A stretch of 64,000 bases of DNA. It comes from Microthyrium microscopicum. Lineage: Eukaryota. The DNA lies in NCBI GenBank assembly GCA_010405405.1, contig MU004237.1, positions 1,065,345-1,129,344 on the forward strand, read 5' to 3'. Made by a program: the position numbers and the translations under genes. Of the stretch, positions 35,092 to 47,312 are shown piece after piece. Below the pieces are notes generated by a model. The model ran no database searches. It saw only the letters and a program-made list of their open reading frames with translations, and was not told the DNA's origin. Position 1 is the stretch's first letter; each line of letters starts with the position of its first letter.

Positions 35092-36289
35092 ATGTCTATA
35101 TTCTTTTCAACCCCAGTGGACATAGATATTGTCCTAGCCGAAAGCGATGATCGGGCTATGGTTGATATCAAGCAAGACAAGGGCAGACGAGAAAAAGTAC
35201 CCTTGTACATGGATGGAGAATCAGTAAAGGGCACAGTAACCGTTCGACCTAAAGATGGGAAGCGGCTGGAACACACCGGCATCAAAGTACAGTTTATAGG
35301 GACAATAGGTGCGTTGCCTTGAAAACCGACTTGCGCAATGTTGCGATTACTAACTAGATGTTTTTCGCACAGAAATGTACTTTGATCGGGGCAACCACTA
35401 CGAATTCCTTTCACTCGGTCAAGAGCTCGCTGCTCCAGGCGAACTCCAACATCCTCAAAACTTCGATTTCAATTTCAAAAACGTGGAAAAGCAATACGAG
35501 GCTTACAATGGCATTAATGTGAAGCTACGGTACTTCCTCCGAGTTACAGTTTCACGAAGAATGCAAGATGTTGTCAGGGAAAAGGATATCTGGGTTTACA
35601 GCTACAAGATTTTACCAGAGGTAAACGCTTCTATCAAAATGGATGTAGGAATTGAGGACTGTCTACATATTGAGTTTGAATACTCAAAGTCGAAATATCA
35701 CTTGAAGGATGTCATTGTTGGGCGGATATACTTCCTGTTGGTGCGGCTGAAGATTAAGCACATGGAGCTGTCAATCATTCGACGGGAAACCACTGGAGCT
35801 CCTCCAAATCAGTATAACGAAAGCGAAACCCTGGTCAGATTTGAGGTGAGAAATTTCTGCATTCCCCGCGTTTCAATCCGAGCTAATGCAGGGCGTTCTA
35901 GATTATGGATGGCTCACCATCAAGAGGTACCCGTCATTGTTCCATCAATTCATGGATTGAGAAAACTAACAGGTCATCATAGGTGAAACGATACCAATTA
36001 GATTGTTCTTGGGTGGATTTGATTTAACGCCGACTTTTCGGGAAGTGAATAAGCGGTTTTCAACGAGATATTACTTGAGCTTAGTGCTCATTGACGAGGG
36101 TAAGCCTCTCTTCTTTTCGAATCACGAAGTTCTGCGGATACTTCGGATTCGATATTGTGGAACGTGTGAGCTAACAAAGAAACAGATGCTCGTCGTTACT
36201 TCAAACAATCAGAGATTGTACTCTTCAGACAAGCTCCCGAGGGATTGACTCCTCCCACGCCGCAGACCTCGGAGCTCACCCCGGCTTGA
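35092..36289 (+). CDS. VPS26: Retromer subunit Vps26 (Pep8), 5 exons
   Basis: KRLEHTGIKVQFIG, SIKMDVGIEDCLHIEFEYSKSKYHLKD, IMDGSPSRGETIPIRLFL (via a 25-nt exon) and DARRYFKQSEI. Stop TGA at 36287-36289. Confidence 0.96.
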
Positions 36290-38358
36290 GTTACAAGCTT
36301 CAACTCGTGAAAATGTAGTTATCTGCATACAATTGATATCCCTGTTATATCTCGAGTGGAGGAGAGGCAGGCTTGCGAGGCCTCGACTGTGCAATAACCG
36401 CACCAAAGTGGAGCCACTTCTCAGCCAGCCTTCAACGCTCTTACAAGTTATCTCCAAATATCATGAGGCTAAAAAGGGTCTAGTGAGTGTGCTGGAAAGA
36501 AACCCGGTGCAGGTTATCCAGGATTCAAATCCGACTACTACGACAATCGTCTTCGAGAAACATCCATCAGATCGTAATGCCCCCACGCTGCACATCCAAT
36601 GGCAGAATTTTCATTTCCGATGCATTATATAATTCCACCGTCGGTTGCAACAGGCTTTTATATACAAGGCTGCCAATTATATAACCTTGAAAAGCAATCC
36701 TTCTCAGAATCATGTAGCCAATAATTGATCACTGACAACTTACCGCACTTCTCAGGTACCTCCTGTACTCTGTGCTTTACATGCAAGCAAGTAGGCATCT
36801 CTTCCGGTTGGTTTCAATCAGATCCGGATACAAGTCCCACGCTTTCCCATGCGTCTTCGCTACAACAATCTATCCTACCTTCCTCCAGGCTGACCTACTA
36901 TAGCTTTGCATAAGATAGGTTCATAACCCCAATGCTTATTTCGCCTCCTTCCCCTCCTTCGAGATATTCCTTGTTGCAGCTTCTGTCGCCCCCCTGGTCC
37001 GTTGTTGACGAACAGCTGTGCCGTTGACGCGGTCAATGCAAGTCAACCCGCTACTGGAGCTAGCGACATGCAGCAGGTATAGCCATCAGGTGACAGACTC
37101 TATTCCACCATTCGGATTAGTTTGACAGTTGTATGCAAATACGTGGTTGTCTGACGTTGTTACACGCAAACATTCGAAAGCACTCGTTCGAGAAAACTCT
37201 GTATGGTGCATATTGTATGATACGTTTGCTCTCCTCACCGCTTCACCAGTCCTTGAGCTTTTTGGCTCGATATTTCGTGAGGTTCGCAAAACTGCAGGTG
37301 TTCTAAGCTTACATCCCTGTCTTACCCCATATTCAGCCGGTCTAGATTACTTCTCTGATGATGATGATGATGTATGAACAAGTAATCAAGCGGCCTCGGC
37401 CTTCGATATCCAGGTTGGAAGTGTGAAAGATTGCACTTGGCAGCAAACACTTCAAACACAAGGTATAAAAATGGGCCTGCAAAATTGGGCCTGTAATGGT
37501 TCCTGCGAGTCAATCTTTCAAAGACGTGGTTTTCAGCCTCTGATAGCATTCCCCCACGCGAAAATATGGTTCAAAAGAGCGATCGATAGCCGGGATGGTT
37601 TCGCCACAAATAACCATGCGGCACCTTTGCGGAAGTCCAATCATAAAGAGTCTTTTCTTTAAGGCTGATTTCGGCCTCCGACGGACTCGAACTCTTGGAA
37701 GCAAGCAACCAAGAAACAAGGCATTTCCATGGACATGATTGTTTCAATCAAGCGTGCTCTAATTGCGGGATAAAACATTGTCAACATTCTGGTAAGCGCA
37801 AATATCCTTTCCGAATCTCAAGACATGTCCACTACGATGAGTACCACTATCATGCTAGCTTCACAAGGAGCTTGGGAGTTCCCGTTCTCCATCGGATGTG
37901 CTTTGGAACCTGCTATCTTGAATATCACACGTCACAAACTACCAAGCGGCTTAGGACTCTCAAACTACCCGAACATGCAACGGCTAAAGGCTAAAGACCA
38001 GAATATCATCAGACCTTAACCGTTTTATGACATACCTCTCAATGCGTTCTCGTGAGTGAGTGAACGAGTTTGATAGGAATGGAATAAGGGCAAGATCTCG
38101 TTGTTGACTATGGTCTTCCTCAATGGCGTTTTGACTTCTCGCGATCAAAGGATACACCGATCTAATCCACATAACCCATAGTCAAATCAAAGAAAATAGT
38201 GGCAAGGTAGGAGAACCATATTCTGGCACATCTTTCATTTCATGGGATTTACTAATCAATTACTATAGCCGAATATGGTCAAACCTCAACCAAGAGGCGT
38301 GTCCTCAAGCACTTGAATTCCCTAATAGCATGATAAAGCTGAATCTGCTTGAAAGATC

Positions 38359-38769
38359 TCAATTCTCCCTTGTATTGGGGGCATCGGTAGTCGCGATAGT
38401 GGCCCGAGAGCTCCCATTGCATGGTGAAGTAGCGTTGGTGCTTCCGCTTGTATCTGGCGATTCAATCCCCGATAGCTGCGAAAAATAACCTCCATTCCAT
38501 GCAGCGTCTTGAGCTTCTTGAGCCAGCCAGCGTTGCATGGGAGTGATTTCATCATCTGTATGGAGACTGAGAATTGGTCCTTGCAAGTCTCCGCCTTGAG
38601 GATCGTCTCTGGCGTCGGAGTTGCGGTTTTGATTACCCTCTACATCACCATTCGCGACTGGATTCTCTTCCTGACCCTCTTCGTTGAATGCGATGAATTG
38701 AGCACCGACATGCGCCCAGGCCGTATCATCTTTGGGGGCCGCTGGCGGATTGGATAAGGAAGAATTCAT
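38359..38769 (-). CDS. Hypothetical low-complexity orphan ORF
   Basis: ~136-codon acidic/disordered ORF from MNSSLSNPPAAP. No recognisable domain. Confidence 0.3.
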   Translation of the reverse strand: MNSSLSNPPAAPKDDTAWAHVGAQFIAFNEEGQEENPVANGDVEGNQNRNSDARDDPQGGDLQGPILSLHTDDEITPMQRWLAQEAQDAAWNGGYFSQLSGIESPDTSGSTNATSPCNGSSRATIATTDAPNTREN

Positions 38770-40152
38770 CTTTCGGTAGTTTGTAGGAAATGTAGTCTGA
38801 GTTTTTGATGACTTGAACACAAGATGGGACGAGTGAGTTTATTTCTCTAGAACCTGTATGCTACCCCTAATAGCTTTATACCCCATTGATGACTGATAGT
38901 TTCAGGCTCCATTGCGAGGAAGACAAGATCGTCAAATTGACAGAAAAAAAGGCCCCTTTTGTGTTCAGTGTCCAGTTGTTGTTGTTGTGGTTGAAAAAGG
39001 CCCTCTTGGAAGAAGTGAGAACGGTGCAGCAGACTAGTCTCTAATCAAGAAGGGCCATTTTTGCTAACTCGCTATTCAGGAAGGATTCACAGGGATATTA
39101 ATGCTAAGATCCAATCGAGGGAATCCTTTATATCTTCTCGAAGAAGAGGATATCTCCACGTGCAACTCGCAGATCCTCAGGCAATTAGACGTATAATCAC
39201 CTTTTCATTATTACTTCTGATGTCTCGGTCTGCGATTCGGAACAGAGTAAAGCTCGATATGTGCTTCACTATTTATCTTCCTCTCCTTGTGCGCTTGTTC
39301 ACTTTCCTGGTATTCACAATAGCCACAGCATTCACATAGCTAAAAGAGTACTTAATTACCAACTCAATGGCACTTACCAATTCCTGTTTTGAAAGACGTG
39401 CTTCAAATGTTTGAAGCGGCGCTTATCTTGTGGTAAGATCATGATTATCTTCCACTGAGAGATATGGACACACTTTTTGAGTCCATCAAAAGACTGATCC
39501 CCTTCGGTTAGCATTCATTTGTGGTCAGGATCTTCGTCTATCGTGGCTTAGACATGCGCTCTGACTACACGAATGTCGCACTGCAGGTCGGTAGCTGGAA
39601 GCTCAAATGGTCAACATAAAAGGCCCTCATTGTTTCGTAAGGCTGAAAACCCAAAATCAATTAACACCTTCGTTTGCCTTGTTTTAAAGACCAAAATGAT
39701 TGGACGTCACTGAAGGCCCAACGGCCAGCCTGGCTGGATGGCTGCACTGCGCCTCTGTGACCTGCATGATGACAGCCAATTAGCATTTTTGTAGCTCGAG
39801 CTGGGAATTGGGCTGCGAAAAGCTGTTAAGAGGAGCGAAACCCACGTCGATATATTATCAACATCACGTTCTTATTGCCTCGCCTACTTCTTTTTAAGTT
39901 GGAGTCTCTGATTTTACCACCGCAAACGAATGAGGAAACCAGAGCGCCCTACAGCTTTGTGGATGAAGGTAGGTTCTGGTTTTGACTTAAGACCTAAATC
40001 AAGAACTTATAAGCTACGCTGCCAAATTTTGCATTGAGTGTGAGTCATCATGTTGACAGAAGTGGCTAATCGTTCTCATGCAGGACTATACACGGTCATA
40101 TAGCACGACTAAGCCCAATTGAAATAAGAGCACCCCGATCACGAAGGCGTCA

Positions 40153-41126
40153 GTGCAACGTTTTAGCAAACCACCGCAAGGACTGCATCCTCACGTATCT
40201 AGTCCCAACAAAATGATGAAGATCTATGGAGCGATGGGGCGACTCGGGCAACTTGTAGGATTCTGTCGCCGATGGTTGGCAGTGATCCGCCGCAAACGGG
40301 AAAAACGGTGCAATGGCCTCAGATCTGCACTAGATTTGCCTGCACTGAGCATTGAACAATACTTCGATTTCTCGGGATATTACGAATCGAGAGGGAACCC
40401 CAGAGGGAACCCCGATACTGATTGCCTCTCAATTATACGTGAGTCAGATCAATGTGAACCAAAGGTCCTTCGTCCAGGCGACGACCAAAGAGTCAACATA
40501 GCGACAAACGAATTCGTAGCCGCAGGCGCTCCAGAATGTGGCCCAAATGTCAGTTTTCAACCGTCTGTATCTCTAATCATTCCTTCGTTGAGCTCAGCTT
40601 CAGTCACGTTATTGCCAAGTAACATGAACGCTTCATTTGCTTTAGACAATACTGGATTGTTGGTATCAGGTCTTTCATACTCGTGTGAACAATGCAACCA
40701 CAAGTTCGGAACTATGGGTCAAGTCAAGTCCGTCGCAACGTCTTTGAAACATTTTGAACATACCGCTGACGCATGACGCATAGGAAGCATCGAGATCAAA
40801 AGCACCCGAGCAAACCATACCATTGTGGTAAACCTGGTTGTTCGCGGTTTTCAAACCAAAAGGACTATAACCGCCATATAGAATCATCCCAGGCTCATCG
40901 CACATCCTCGAGTCCAGCTTACAAGTGCGCATGTGGCTGGAGCAATTTCCGCTGGGACAAATACAAAACGCACTCTCAACCTTGCATGAGGCCACCGGCA
41001 TTACTGCCAATGTACGCATGCAAATGTAGAGACGAGTTCCCGGATCACATCCGGCTTGAGTATCACTATAGAAACCACCACCAGGGCAAGCGAGGTCGAC
41101 CTCGACGTCAAGACACATGGAACTGA
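40153..41126 (+). CDS. C2H2-type zinc-finger protein with C-terminal AT-hook-like KRGRPR; 5' end uncertain or degenerate
   Basis: An intron (~40728-40782) joins YSCEQCNHKFGTMGQVK to KHRDQKH. Further fingers: YHCGKPGC...YNRHIESSQAH, YKCAC...KTH and YACKC...LEYHYRNHH, then GKRGRPRR. Confidence 0.7.
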
Positions 41127-41862
41127 CATGAAATCTTTGAGTCTGTTTATGGAGCAGGAAACAGAGGATTGAGGAAGTTGTTGTTTTATATGAATTGACG
41201 CGATTGCTTTGACCAAATGCTCCGCGCTAATGCGTGATACTGCAATACCATGTCTCCTCATGATATGTTTTGATTAGCCCTTCAATCATCCAGACAAGAG
41301 GGTATCCTCGCATTCGCGTTGCGGGTTCCTGATCTGGCAGCCTCGAGTTATATTCAGTCTGTTGCGGAACAGATACGTTACAATCGCAGAGTGATTCGAC
41401 AGCAAAACCATGAGCCGGCGTAGGCCGTCGGCGGCTCAGCGAAGCCTAGATGCGAAGAAAATCCGTATGGATAGATCGAGCTTTCGATTGAGCATCCGGC
41501 TGAAATTGCTTGATCACAACTGAAGGCTGCCAGAACTCATGATTGGACGGAAGTGACAGGTAGAGTGAAGGTTGACTTTTGAAAATGGAGATGACGTTAG
41601 GAAAGGTTGTGCATTGACCACATCTTAATCTAACGCTAGGCCGCAAAAGATTTAGGTTGAACGCCAAACCTTGCACGCGTTTTTGAGATCAGTGTCACTC
41701 CAAAATCGTCCACCAACCTCTTCTTTCACAATCTCCTACCTGATATTTTGGTTCCAAACACAATATTTATTTTCTCCGAAAGCATCCAAGCTTCGTCCTG
41801 CACAGAAATGACGACCTCCACTTGGTAGCGTCTTCATAACACGCTCAACGAGCTATTCAGCC

Positions 41863-44673
41863 ATGGCTCAACGCGTCCCACACCTCGCAGCAACAGCTCC
41901 AGAGAAAGACATAGACCAAGGGCCGTCCATGGAAAAATGTAGACCCGAACGAAATATACTGGAGCGTCAGAGAACCAACTCAGTCAATTCATTGCCTCCC
42001 CGTTCAGTAAAAGGACACAACCGGAAGTCAAGCAAAGATGCGAGCGTCTCCCTTGTTCCTATAAGACAAATTGCGCGTGACGAAATCCCTTTATCATGGC
42101 TCGACGTTTCTCCCATTTTGAATCAGAACACGGATGATCCCACGAAGTCTCGATTCTTTTCCACCTTCAGTTCAGCCCTCGCAGCATGGTTCAAAAACTC
42201 CACTACCAAACCCTCCGTCCTGATAGCACGAGATCGAAAGTCGAAGCGCCTGTGTGCTGTGGAAAAGGTGAGAAAGGGAGAATATGCTCTCTGTGCAATA
42301 GGCTCATGGGTCCCCGAGGAAGTGGTAATGGGCCCACAATACAAGGGCAAAGAGGCGACAAGAAAGACAAGATCCCTTTCCGTAGAGTCGAAAGGCGTCA
42401 AAAGAAAGTTCACTGAGATCAGTCAAGATCCCATCGAGTGGTGGCAAGCAGCTGTGTTTAGTGAACCAGAGCAGGTTTTACCCCAGCCGGAGGAGCTCGC
42501 TAGTCCCACGAAAAAGATCAAACTCCGCATGGAGTCCCCAACTCCAGTCATTGTGCTTTCACAAGACGTACCTGACCTGACCACCAACGAATCTCATATC
42601 ACACCGGATCTCGATGTTATTCAGCCAGTTGTCACGAAAGAGCAACTCTTTGAAACTCTTGTCACGCAGTATCTGGATTCATTATACGTTACTCGAGCCT
42701 CGCTGGCATTTTTTGCCAAAGGTCCATTATCCAGAACTCGAACCGCATTCTCCTCATCCTCTATCAATACCTTGGAACCATTATTCCTACCTGATTTTTC
42801 CGCATTCTTGAGAACCATTATTCTCAAACTAAACGCAGTGGATCGAAAATACAAGGATAAACTGCCTGCCCTTGCAAGCGATCTGGTCTTATCATTTACA
42901 GACGACGAAGAAGAAGCAGAAAAGGCAAAGAAGCGGAAACCAAGGAAGAAGAAATTGAAGCTCAACAGCGATGGCATGTATTCTTTCGAAAATGAATACG
43001 TGCGGAAATGGTGGAAAGGAGACGACCCCGACGTGAGCTCATCAGCAGAGAAGAAAGATCAAAAAATAAAACGACGAGTGGGAGAGTTGCGCATTCGCGA
43101 GACTCTCCTTCAGATCGTCCTGGTGCTGGAAGTCCTCGCAATCGAAAGTTCAAGTGAATGGAAAGCAGCAATGAGTGCAAAAGCGAATGAAGCCCTGGAA
43201 ACAGCAGCTATGGAGACACAGGCAGCGGAAACTCAAGCGGCAGAGACTCAATCTGCTGAGACCCAGGCTCTAGACAGCCAAGCTTTGGAAACCCAAGCTA
43301 TGGATACAGAAACCAATATTGCGGACAACAAGAAATTGAAGACAAATGCAAAGCCCAAACGAAAAGGCAAGAAAGAATTAGACCTTGCAATTCATCTTGA
43401 TCTGCTTGTTGACAAAATGGCCATCTGGCATTCCATTGAATATGAAGCCGACTTCTTAGCGGTTGCGCCGGCTACAGGCAAAGATGCCATGAAAACCTGG
43501 GCTATGGATAGACTGGGTGCTTTCTGCATCGACGTTATCATTCCGTTTTACAAATCTAGGGTACCCGATCATGTCGCAACAATGGTCAAGAAGTTTGGAG
43601 GCCCATCCAATTCTCCAGAGAAGCCACGAAAATCAGCGCCCTCGCGACATAAGGACAAGCCAAAAGACAAGCCTAACGCAAAAGACGCCGCTGCTACTAA
43701 ACCTGGTCAGCGCCGCCTACAACGAACCGCGACTGATTCACAACAACATAGTGCTACGAAACGATCGCCACTCCTAACACGCTCCAATACGGAACCTGCT
43801 TATATGCTACTGGATAGAGTCAAGCGTGAAGGCTCTGAACATCCGCTCTCGGCCCTCCCATTCCTTGGCGAACAAAAGAAGAAGGTCCGCAAAGACTCTG
43901 CCGATAAATTGAAACTTCTCCAGCGACGTGTTGTCAGTCTGAAAGACATGGGTCCATCTCGCAAGCGTAAAGTCGCTGCCGATGACGAAATCCAAGCTGC
44001 GATTGCTGCTATCAAGAAACCTAACCGCGGTGGAATTGGGCGGGAAGCAGCCGAAGAGCGTGAACGCCGGGTTGGCGCTTCAGCTGGAGCAGGTGCTCGC
44101 AAGCAAGATTCGAGAAAGGCTCTCAATCCCCGGTCTAATGTCCAGGTTGCTGCAACACCACGACACAATCGAAAAGTTGACATTTTTGCGAACAAGCCCA
44201 GTGATACTCAACGACTTTCAATCATGGAAGAAGAACTTCAACATGTGCCTTCCTCTGGAGCGGCCAGTAGGGTGCCGGACACAGAGGTGAGGGCATCTGT
44301 GGTGGACATGATCTCCGAGACGCCGTCTGTCAGTCGGGTCAAGAGAGGCCTTTTCGAATCTATGAAGCCACCATCGAAGTTCTCGTTAGGGCTTGGGTCT
44401 CTCAACGAAGTCCCAGAGGCGGAGAGCCCGATGCACACAAATACGCTGCATACTACTAACACCATTTTTGCAACTCCAGTTCGACCAAGAAGTCGATCCA
44501 CATTCAATGACGATTCTACGAATCATGACGAGCACAACACAGTCTCGGACAGTCCTACTTTAACGCGAAAACAACCAATCAACATTCCTGCGACGCCAGA
44601 GAAGAGTATTCATAAATCGCCCGACATATTTGATGCGATGGGATGGAATCACGTTGAGATTGATGGCGAATGA
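41863..44673 (+). CDS. SLD3: DNA replication initiation factor Sld3
   Basis: Single 936-aa ORF with fungal Sld3 Cdc45-binding-domain motifs QYLDSLY..ASLAFFAKGPLSR, LRIRETLLQIVLVLEVL, LDLLVDKMAIW and FCIDVIIPFYKSRVP. Basic disordered C-terminus with many S/TP CDK-type sites. Confidence 0.85.
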   Translation: MAQRVPHLAATAPEKDIDQGPSMEKCRPERNILERQRTNSVNSLPPRSVKGHNRKSSKDASVSLVPIRQIARDEIPLSWLDVSPILNQNTDDPTKSRFFSTFSSALAAWFKNSTTKPSVLIARDRKSKRLCAVEKVRKGEYALCAIGSWVPEEVVMGPQYKGKEATRKTRSLSVESKGVKRKFTEISQDPIEWWQAAVFSEPEQVLPQPEELASPTKKIKLRMESPTPVIVLSQDVPDLTTNESHITPDLDVIQPVVTKEQLFETLVTQYLDSLYVTRASLAFFAKGPLSRTRTAFSSSSINTLEPLFLPDFSAFLRTIILKLNAVDRKYKDKLPALASDLVLSFTDDEEEAEKAKKRKPRKKKLKLNSDGMYSFENEYVRKWWKGDDPDVSSSAEKKDQKIKRRVGELRIRETLLQIVLVLEVLAIESSSEWKAAMSAKANEALETAAMETQAAETQAAETQSAETQALDSQALETQAMDTETNIADNKKLKTNAKPKRKGKKELDLAIHLDLLVDKMAIWHSIEYEADFLAVAPATGKDAMKTWAMDRLGAFCIDVIIPFYKSRVPDHVATMVKKFGGPSNSPEKPRKSAPSRHKDKPKDKPNAKDAAATKPGQRRLQRTATDSQQHSATKRSPLLTRSNTEPAYMLLDRVKREGSEHPLSALPFLGEQKKKVRKDSADKLKLLQRRVVSLKDMGPSRKRKVAADDEIQAAIAAIKKPNRGGIGREAAEERERRVGASAGAGARKQDSRKALNPRSNVQVAATPRHNRKVDIFANKPSDTQRLSIMEEELQHVPSSGAASRVPDTEVRASVVDMISETPSVSRVKRGLFESMKPPSKFSLGLGSLNEVPEAESPMHTNTLHTTNTIFATPVRPRSRSTFNDDSTNHDEHNTVSDSPTLTRKQPINIPATPEKSIHKSPDIFDAMGWNHVEIDGE
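43192..43311 (+). repeat. Degenerate 15-bp (5-aa) coding tandem repeat in SLD3
   Basis: ALETA AMETQ AAETQ AAETQ SAETQ ALDSQ ALETQ AMDTE. Confidence 0.85.
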
Positions 44674-44871
44674 ACCACTTTGACTACATGGACGAGTATA
44701 TTACCAATGGTCACATCGCGAAGTTCAATTTAGCCTTGATTATACATTGCATCTGCATCTGCATGGCTTAGGAGTTTTGAAGCATTCAAGTAGAATGCCG
44801 CTCTAAGGGAGCATACGCATCATCAGCATTAAAGATAGAATCAAATTTTATTGCATATTACTAAGGTCAAT

Positions 44872-44881
44872 TGAAAATTTT
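44872..44881 (+). promoter_or_regulatory. RRPE-like element upstream of TRM8
   Basis: TGAAAATTTT ~190 nt upstream of the TRM8 ATG; matches the yeast RRPE consensus of ribosome-biogenesis genes. Confidence 0.4.
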
Positions 44882-45069
44882 CTACACATTGGTGATGCAG
44901 ATTTTCACTTTATCATTACATACTGATGAAGCAAAAAAGGGATATCTCTTAAAAGTTGACTGACTTGATGTTGAGCGCAAGCTTCAACTCCAACTCTATC
45001 TCATCGACCTCGACTTCAACTAAACTTCCACATCACATCATTCCATCCACTCTTCAACAAATCGACAAC

Positions 45070-46075
45070 ATGGGTAAGAATAAAAAGAATAAACAAACTA
45101 GAGAAGAATACAGAGCATCTCTCGCAGCAGCAAACGATGGCGCTGATGCTGCGCTCCCACGAAAGCGATTTTACAGACAACGAGCACACGCAAATCCTTT
45201 CACAGATCATGCTCTCACATAGTATACCTCCAAACTTCAAGGAAGAAACAGTTCATACTGACGAATTTGCTAGTCCTAAGAGCCCATCATCAATGGACTG
45301 GAGCGAACTGTTTCCAGTAATATCGGACACCCACAAAAAGGTCGAAATTGTCGACATAGGCTGCGGATTCGGTGGTCTCCTCTTCGCCCTCGCGCCAAAA
45401 CTTCCAGAAACATTGATTCTAGGCATGGAACTCCGTATCACAGTAACAGATTTTGTACGAGATAAAATTACAGCTATGCGCTCACAGTCCACCGCCAATA
45501 TTACCGATGCCACCACTGCCACAAGCATTATCACTGATCAATCTACCACCACACCATCTAACGCAGCGGGTACTTCCACGCCATCAGCCACGGCACCAGG
45601 GAACTACCAAAATATCGCCGTCCTCCGCGCGAACAGTATGAAATTCATGCCCAACTTCTTCGCCCGCGGTCAACTCCGCGCCCTTTTCTTCTGCTTCCCA
45701 GACCCACACTTCAAAGCGCGCAAACACAAAATGCGCATCATAAGCGCCGGGCTTGTCGCGGAATATGCATATGTGCTACGGCCCGGCGGGGTGGCATATA
45801 CGATTACGGATGTGTGTGATTTGCATGAATGGATGGTTGAGCACTTCAAAGGCTGTGCGCTGTTTGAGACGCTATTGGTACGGCGAGTGAAGCGGGGTGA
45901 GGGAGGGGTAATTGAGGATGTAGTGGAGGAAGAGGGAGATATGGGTGAGGAGGAGAAGATGTGTGTGGAGTTGATGATGGAGGAGACGGAGGAGGGGAAG
46001 AAGGTTACGAGGAATAGTGGGACGAAATATGTTGCTTGTTTTAGACGAAAGGAGGATCCGGAGTGGCCTGAGTGA
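45070..46075 (+). CDS. TRM8: tRNA (guanine-N7)-methyltransferase catalytic subunit, 2 exons
   Basis: LPRKRFYRQRAHANPF, an intron splitting the Tyr codon of LTYPKSP, then DIGCGFGGLL, LGMELR, FCFPDPHFKARKHK, YTITDV and TEEGKKVTRN. Confidence 0.96.
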
Positions 46076-46361
46076 TGGAAATATACGTTGATCATGGGAG
46101 CATACATAAGGTGTCTTCATACTACGTAATGTCATAAATAGTTTCCTCATGCGCTCGACGTATAGACTAGTCCGCTAGAGCCTGCTGATATGGATAGCCA
46201 AGGGCTGGACTCAGTCTATATTGCGATGACTTCAAGCGCCATATTTTCGAGCAGTCACATAGTAATGCTGTAGCTGCCGACTGGTGTTGTTGAAGTCTAT
46301 CTTTTAGCACATGGGGCGTGGCGAGTATTTCCCGAAGCAGCTGTACCTAGAATCATCTGCT

Positions 46362-47213
46362 TCATTCCTCAATACCACCCCATTCTTCATCGTCATCGCC
46401 CTGCTCCTCCGCATCTTTCTCTTCCTCATCATTCTCCACCTCAACCTCTTCGCCAAGCCACCGCTTCACCCGTTCATCTTCTAGAGCCTCCTTCACTCGT
46501 TTCCGGACAGGCTTAGTAGGCGTCTTTGCACCCAGATCTCGCAGTGGCTGGAGCAGTGTTTCTACGGGCACATCACTGTCTTCCTTATCCGCTCCAGCCT
46601 CCTCCAATTCATCCACGTATAAATCGATCATATGGTAGCGCATACCATTCGGTATCTTGTTATCAGTAGGATTCAAAGGAGTATCCGAAAGAATGCGTAG
46701 ATATTCGTCGATCTGTGCTTTGTTCTTCCAGTGTTGTTTGGAGAGATACTGGAGGGCGGTACGGTGGTAGATGCGGACGAGGTAGAGGAATTTGTCCATC
46801 CTACAGCACGTCAGCGTATGTGAGATTGACCAAAGATATATGGAGGACATACCTTAGCACATCGATTCCCATCCATTCCCGCGCCATCGTAGTCCAGAAA
46901 GCCTCGAGGAACGGCATGACAGCGGAGGGTGGTATGTCAACGACAAGCGAACCGAGATCTCTGGCTAGCTGTTGTTGAGTGTGCGCGCGGTCGCTCATCC
47001 ACATGCAGTAAAATAATCCTTTCCATAACTTCAGTAGTTCTAGCTGATTTAGATCGGACTTTTGCCGTAGATATGATCGTAAGGACTCGAGTGCCTTGTC
47101 GCGAACTTTGCGATCTGTAGGTCGTGGTTAGAGATGCGCTGGGAGCTGGACTGGAATAGAAGAAGCATACCACTCGAGGCGAGTTGTTTTATGAAGGGAC
47201 TATTGGCATCCAT
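46362..47213 (-). CDS. RRP1: Ribosomal RNA processing protein Rrp1/Nop52, 3 exons
   Basis: PFIKQLASS|DRKVRDKAL, LLKLWKGLFYCMWMSDR..QQQLA, FWTTMAREWMGIDVLR|MDKFLYLVR, GMRYHMIDLYVDEL and an acidic tail. Confidence 0.93.
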
Positions 47214-47305
47214 TGCGAGAAATATGTCGGGATGGTAGCAAGAAGTCTTACGGCGCGAATTGTATTGTTCATGAACTTTTGCGCAGCGGAAAGAAATTAT
47301 TTTAT

Positions 47306-47312
47306 CGATGAG
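47306..47312. promoter_or_regulatory. PAC-like element upstream of RRP1
   Basis: CGATGAG ~95 nt upstream of the RRP1 ATG, next to an A/T tract (gaaattatttt). Confidence 0.4.

Noticed and set aside
36333..36632. Apparent C-terminal extension of Vps26
   Set aside because: Different frame; Vps26 stops at TGA 36287-36289.
36700..38300. Cys/His-containing short ORFs suggesting a degenerate zinc-finger gene
   Set aside because: I could not build a coherent spliced or frameshifted model.
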